This document shows, one piece after another, positions 31,204-33,294 of a stretch of DNA of 33,294 nt (position 1 is the first letter of the stretch; each line of letters begins with the position of its first letter). The notes beneath the pieces were generated by a model that was given only the letters and a program-made list of their open reading frames with translations, made no database searches and had not been told where the DNA came from. A program made the translations under genes and the position numbers. Source of the stretch: a virus; IMG/VR virus record IMGVR_UViG_3300048839_000590. One strand, written 5' to 3'.

Positions 31204-31364
31204 ACACATTGCTCATCATTCTCATTGGCGTGGCGGCGCTGGGTTTGTTTGCAGGCGCTTTGTGTTTCAGATCGCTATTGAGCATGAGCGACAAAGAAAT
31301 CGAAGCTGAGCTGCGCAAGGCCGGCGTGCCAGTGGATCAGATCAAGCGCGGAGGAATGCGGTAA
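31200..31364 (+). CDS. Small single-TM protein (54 aa)
   Basis: MNTLLIILIGVAALGLFAGALCF... ATGA overlap with the LuxR-type gene. Confidence 0.55.
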   Translation: MNTLLIILIGVAALGLFAGALCFRSLLSMSDKEIEAELRKAGVPVDQIKRGGMR

Positions 31365-31548
31365 TGGCTATAGCAGCGGGATCGCCCCCGCTGAGGTAGT
31401 GGGCAGCGGCAGCGGCCGAGAGGTGACAGCAACCGGCCCTTCGACAGCACGCGCGGTGCATGGGCACCTTTGACGCTACGAGATACGGCACACGCCCATG
31501 TGCCGCGCGGGTTGGAATGGTAGCCGGCGATGCCGGCAAGGGAGTGAG

Positions 31549-31785
31549 ATGAGCGTAACAATCAAACCGCGACGATGCCCGAAGTGTGGCGCGACAGCGG
31601 CTTATTTCAACGAGCTGTGGATAGATCACGCTATTGTGTTTGACTCCGACGATGGTTTCTATGACGGTCGTGAGGGCATTATCAAAGAAGGGCGTCCCTA
31701 CGGCGTGGAAGCAATCTGTCAGGAAGGGCACACATGGCGGTTGCGCGGCATCACGCAAATAACCGAATTGAAACAGCCGGATTAG
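31549..31785 (+). CDS. Small Cys-containing (zinc-ribbon-like) protein (78 aa)
   Basis: SD GGGAGTGAG precedes the ATG. CPKCG ... CQEGH. Confidence 0.6.
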   Translation: MSVTIKPRRCPKCGATAAYFNELWIDHAIVFDSDDGFYDGREGIIKEGRPYGVEAICQEGHTWRLRGITQITELKQPD

Positions 31786-31810
31786 CCGCCGCGACTAGGT
31801 GCGAAGCAGA

Positions 31811-31843
31811 AACAAAAAAGGCCAGCGGGTGCAGCCGCTGGCC
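31811..31843 (-). terminator. Minus-strand-oriented intrinsic-terminator-like element inside the plus-strand operon
   Basis: Minus strand: GGCCAGCGG-ctgcac-CCGCTGGCC (9-bp perfect stem), followed by TTTTTTGTTTCTGC. There is no T-tract on the plus-strand side. Confidence 0.5.
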
Positions 31844-31900
31844 ACACCGGCGAGGTGAATCAACCGGTGCAGAGCAAGTGTAGGACAAACGAGGTGAAAC

Positions 31901-32059
31901 ATGAAACGAGTGATTGCAGCATTGATGATGGCCGTGGCGTGCAGCCAGCCGGTCACCGCACAGGACGCACCGCCAACGATTGGCGACCCGTGGCAAGAGG
32001 TCGCACAGCCGCCAACGCCGCTCAAGCATCATGTGATGTTGCCAATAGTGGCGCGGTGA
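31901..32059 (+). CDS. Small proline-rich lipoprotein (52-aa precursor)
   Basis: My own translation: MKRVIAALMMAVAC|SQPVTAQDAPPTIGDPWQEVAQPPTPLKHHVMLPIVAR. It fits the lipobox pattern (MAVAC). SD GAGGTG lies 5 nt upstream. Confidence 0.6.
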   Translation: MKRVIAALMMAVACSQPVTAQDAPPTIGDPWQEVAQPPTPLKHHVMLPIVAR

Positions 32060-32073
32060 AAGGGGTGGAAGCC

Positions 32074-32475
32074 ATGCGGCGAGATGCCAATATTGCATTT
32101 CTGGATTCAATTTCCAGACTCAAAATTGATGCGAAAGCGGCGAAAAGGATGAATCACCCCTACGCCCTGCGGATTGGGATAAATCTGACACCCAGCCAGA
32201 TGGCAGAAATTTTGATGCAATTCGTGCCTGATAAGGATCGCCCCAAACGCCCATGGACGCGCAAGGCAATCTGGCAATGGGAGAAAGCACACTGTGGCCG
32301 CTACTCATTGGCACGCTATGGCACGAGTGTGAAAGCACGCGAGGCATACCGTGCGCTCATCATCACCGTGATTGAACAGTCAAGTGGCGGCCGCCTCACC
32401 GCTCGCGTGGCCATGACCGGGCCACACGCACGCCGGTGGAAGGTGACGCCGATCAAGACCAAGGGGATTAAGTAG
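32074..32475 (+). CDS. Hypothetical protein (133 aa), possible HTH
   Basis: ATG 32074 follows AGGGGTGGA. INLTPSQMAEILMQ...TRKAIWQWEKA. The 5' part is AT-richer. Confidence 0.55.
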   Translation: MRRDANIAFLDSISRLKIDAKAAKRMNHPYALRIGINLTPSQMAEILMQFVPDKDRPKRPWTRKAIWQWEKAHCGRYSLARYGTSVKAREAYRALIITVIEQSSGGRLTARVAMTGPHARRWKVTPIKTKGIK

Positions 32476-32895
32476 ATGGTTAATAAAGCAGCAGCCGCCG
32501 GCATTATCTTTTTCGCTGTGGTGCTGGCCGGCTTCGTTGGCATCAAGGTGGATCAATCCACCATCGCCCTGTTGGGTGGCGCGTTCATCGGCCTGGTGGT
32601 GGCCATCCCCACAACGGCGCTGATCATGATTATAGGGCTGAAGCCGCGCAACACAGAACAGGGGCAGGTGCACATGCCGCCCCAGCCGCCGCCGGTGTTT
32701 CCACAGCAGCAACTGCCAAGTGAAACACACAACCATTACCACCAGAACAACTATGTGGTTGTGGTTCATGTGCCACCATACACAGCCAATGATGAAAAGC
32801 GCTTCATCGTGGCGCGTGAGCTGCGCGTGCTGCCCAGTGAAGCACAGCGCATGATCGACGCCGGTGAGGTTCGATTGTTGCCGGCAGGCAAATAA
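32476..32895 (+). CDS. Membrane protein, two TM helices, Pro/Gln-rich linker
   Basis: AAGIIFFAVVLAGFVGI and LLGGAFIGLVVAIPTTALIMIIGL. Confidence 0.65.
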   Translation: MVNKAAAAGIIFFAVVLAGFVGIKVDQSTIALLGGAFIGLVVAIPTTALIMIIGLKPRNTEQGQVHMPPQPPPVFPQQQLPSETHNHYHQNNYVVVVHVPPYTANDEKRFIVARELRVLPSEAQRMIDAGEVRLLPAGK

Positions 32896-32899
32896 CATC

Positions 32900-33294
32900 A
32901 TGAGGTGGATCGTGGCAGCATTCATTTCGTTTTTGATCGTGGCCGCGCCGGCTCGCGCGCAATGCACCGCACCCGGCTGCGAAGAAGCCACGGCTGTGGT
33001 GAGTGCTGCCCGCGCCACCGCAAGGGCGGTGCTGACCCGCGAGGCACCGCCAACACCAACGCCGGTGCCGACTGCGACGCCATGGCCAACACCGACGCCG
33101 GCACCGACACAGACGCCACAGCCGACGGCAACAGAAACGGCGCGGCCCACGAGCACGGTTGAGCCAACTGCCACATATGAGCCGACACAGACAGCCACGC
33201 CCGCGCCGGCTGCCGAGCCGGTGCAACGCGGGGCAGGGTTGCCGGTGGAACTGTGGTGCATCGTCGGGATCCTGCTGGTCTGTGGCGGTGTGGG
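32900..33294 (+). CDS. Secreted Pro/Thr-rich protein with a C-terminal TM anchor (5' part; continues across the junction to 167)
   Basis: My own translation: MRWIVAAFISFLIVAAPARA|QCTAPGCEE..PPTPTPVPTATPWPTPTPAPTQTPQPT... It is absent from the ORF track because no stop occurs before the window end. 144 aa in total on the circular map. Confidence 0.65.
   Translation, partial: MRWIVAAFISFLIVAAPARAQCTAPGCEEATAVVSAARATARAVLTREAPPTPTPVPTATPWPTPTPAPTQTPQPTATETARPTSTVEPTATYEPTQTATPAPAAEPVQRGAGLPVELWCIVGILLVCGGV
33168..33294. repeat. Terminal direct overlap, identical to 1-127
   Basis: Base-by-base comparison of the first and last 127 nt. Confidence 0.97.

Noticed and set aside
32380-33261. 293-aa minus-strand ORF across the right end
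   Set aside because: It is antisense to the two-TM gene and the PT-rich secreted-protein gene. It translates to low-complexity Gly/Val/Ala/His junk that mirrors the PT-rich coding repeats. There is no start context.
1-33294. A diversity-generating retroelement or retron as an explanation for the repeat-rich fibre gene
   Set aside because: No reverse-transcriptase motifs (e.g. YxDD) appear in any ORF. I also found no template/variable repeat pair outside the in-gene tandem array.

Overview
The window is one complete, self-overlapping genome (bases 1-127 = 33168-33294, unit length 33167 bp) of a temperate siphovirus-type tailed phage or prophage with HK97-like head genes. It is GC-rich, with a few sharply AT-richer islands.

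Layout:
(i) One ~19-kb minus-strand late unit runs 22522->3487. In order it encodes a small protein, holin-like and other membrane proteins, an EAD-like small protein, and a fibre-like trio that includes a 525-aa protein built from ~15 tandem 18/20-aa repeats. These are followed by a TerS-like protein, TerL, a portal fused to a MuF/SPP1-gp7 domain, the prohead protease, an HK97-type major capsid protein and neck proteins. The unit ends with the major tail protein, G/G-T chaperones with a CCCAAAA -1 slip site, the tape measure, and Dit-like and Tal-like proteins.
(ii) The lysogeny switch has an XRE-type repressor plus a co-oriented membrane-anchored protein on the minus strand, overlapping divergent sigma70-like promoters with TTAGGCAA-type operators, and an RHH Cro-like gene.
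(iii) A plus-strand early/replication operon (24283->~31800) encodes a PrimPol-D5/P4 primase-helicase, GIY-YIG, DUF1064-like, HNH and LuxR-type HTH proteins, with many ATGA overlaps.
(iv) Plus-strand accessory genes include an Rz1-like lipoprotein, membrane and secreted proteins spanning the junction, and a low-GC RHH + T5orf172 pair. A large serine integrase converges stop-on-stop with the tail genes.

A ~690-bp AT-rich control region (22576-23248) carries a 93-bp palindrome and repeats. Terminator-like hairpins with a shared U-tract lie ahead of and inside the late unit.

No tRNA, rRNA, CRISPR array, reverse transcriptase or recognisable endolysin was seen. All functional calls rest on motif and architecture recognition by eye; no searches were run.
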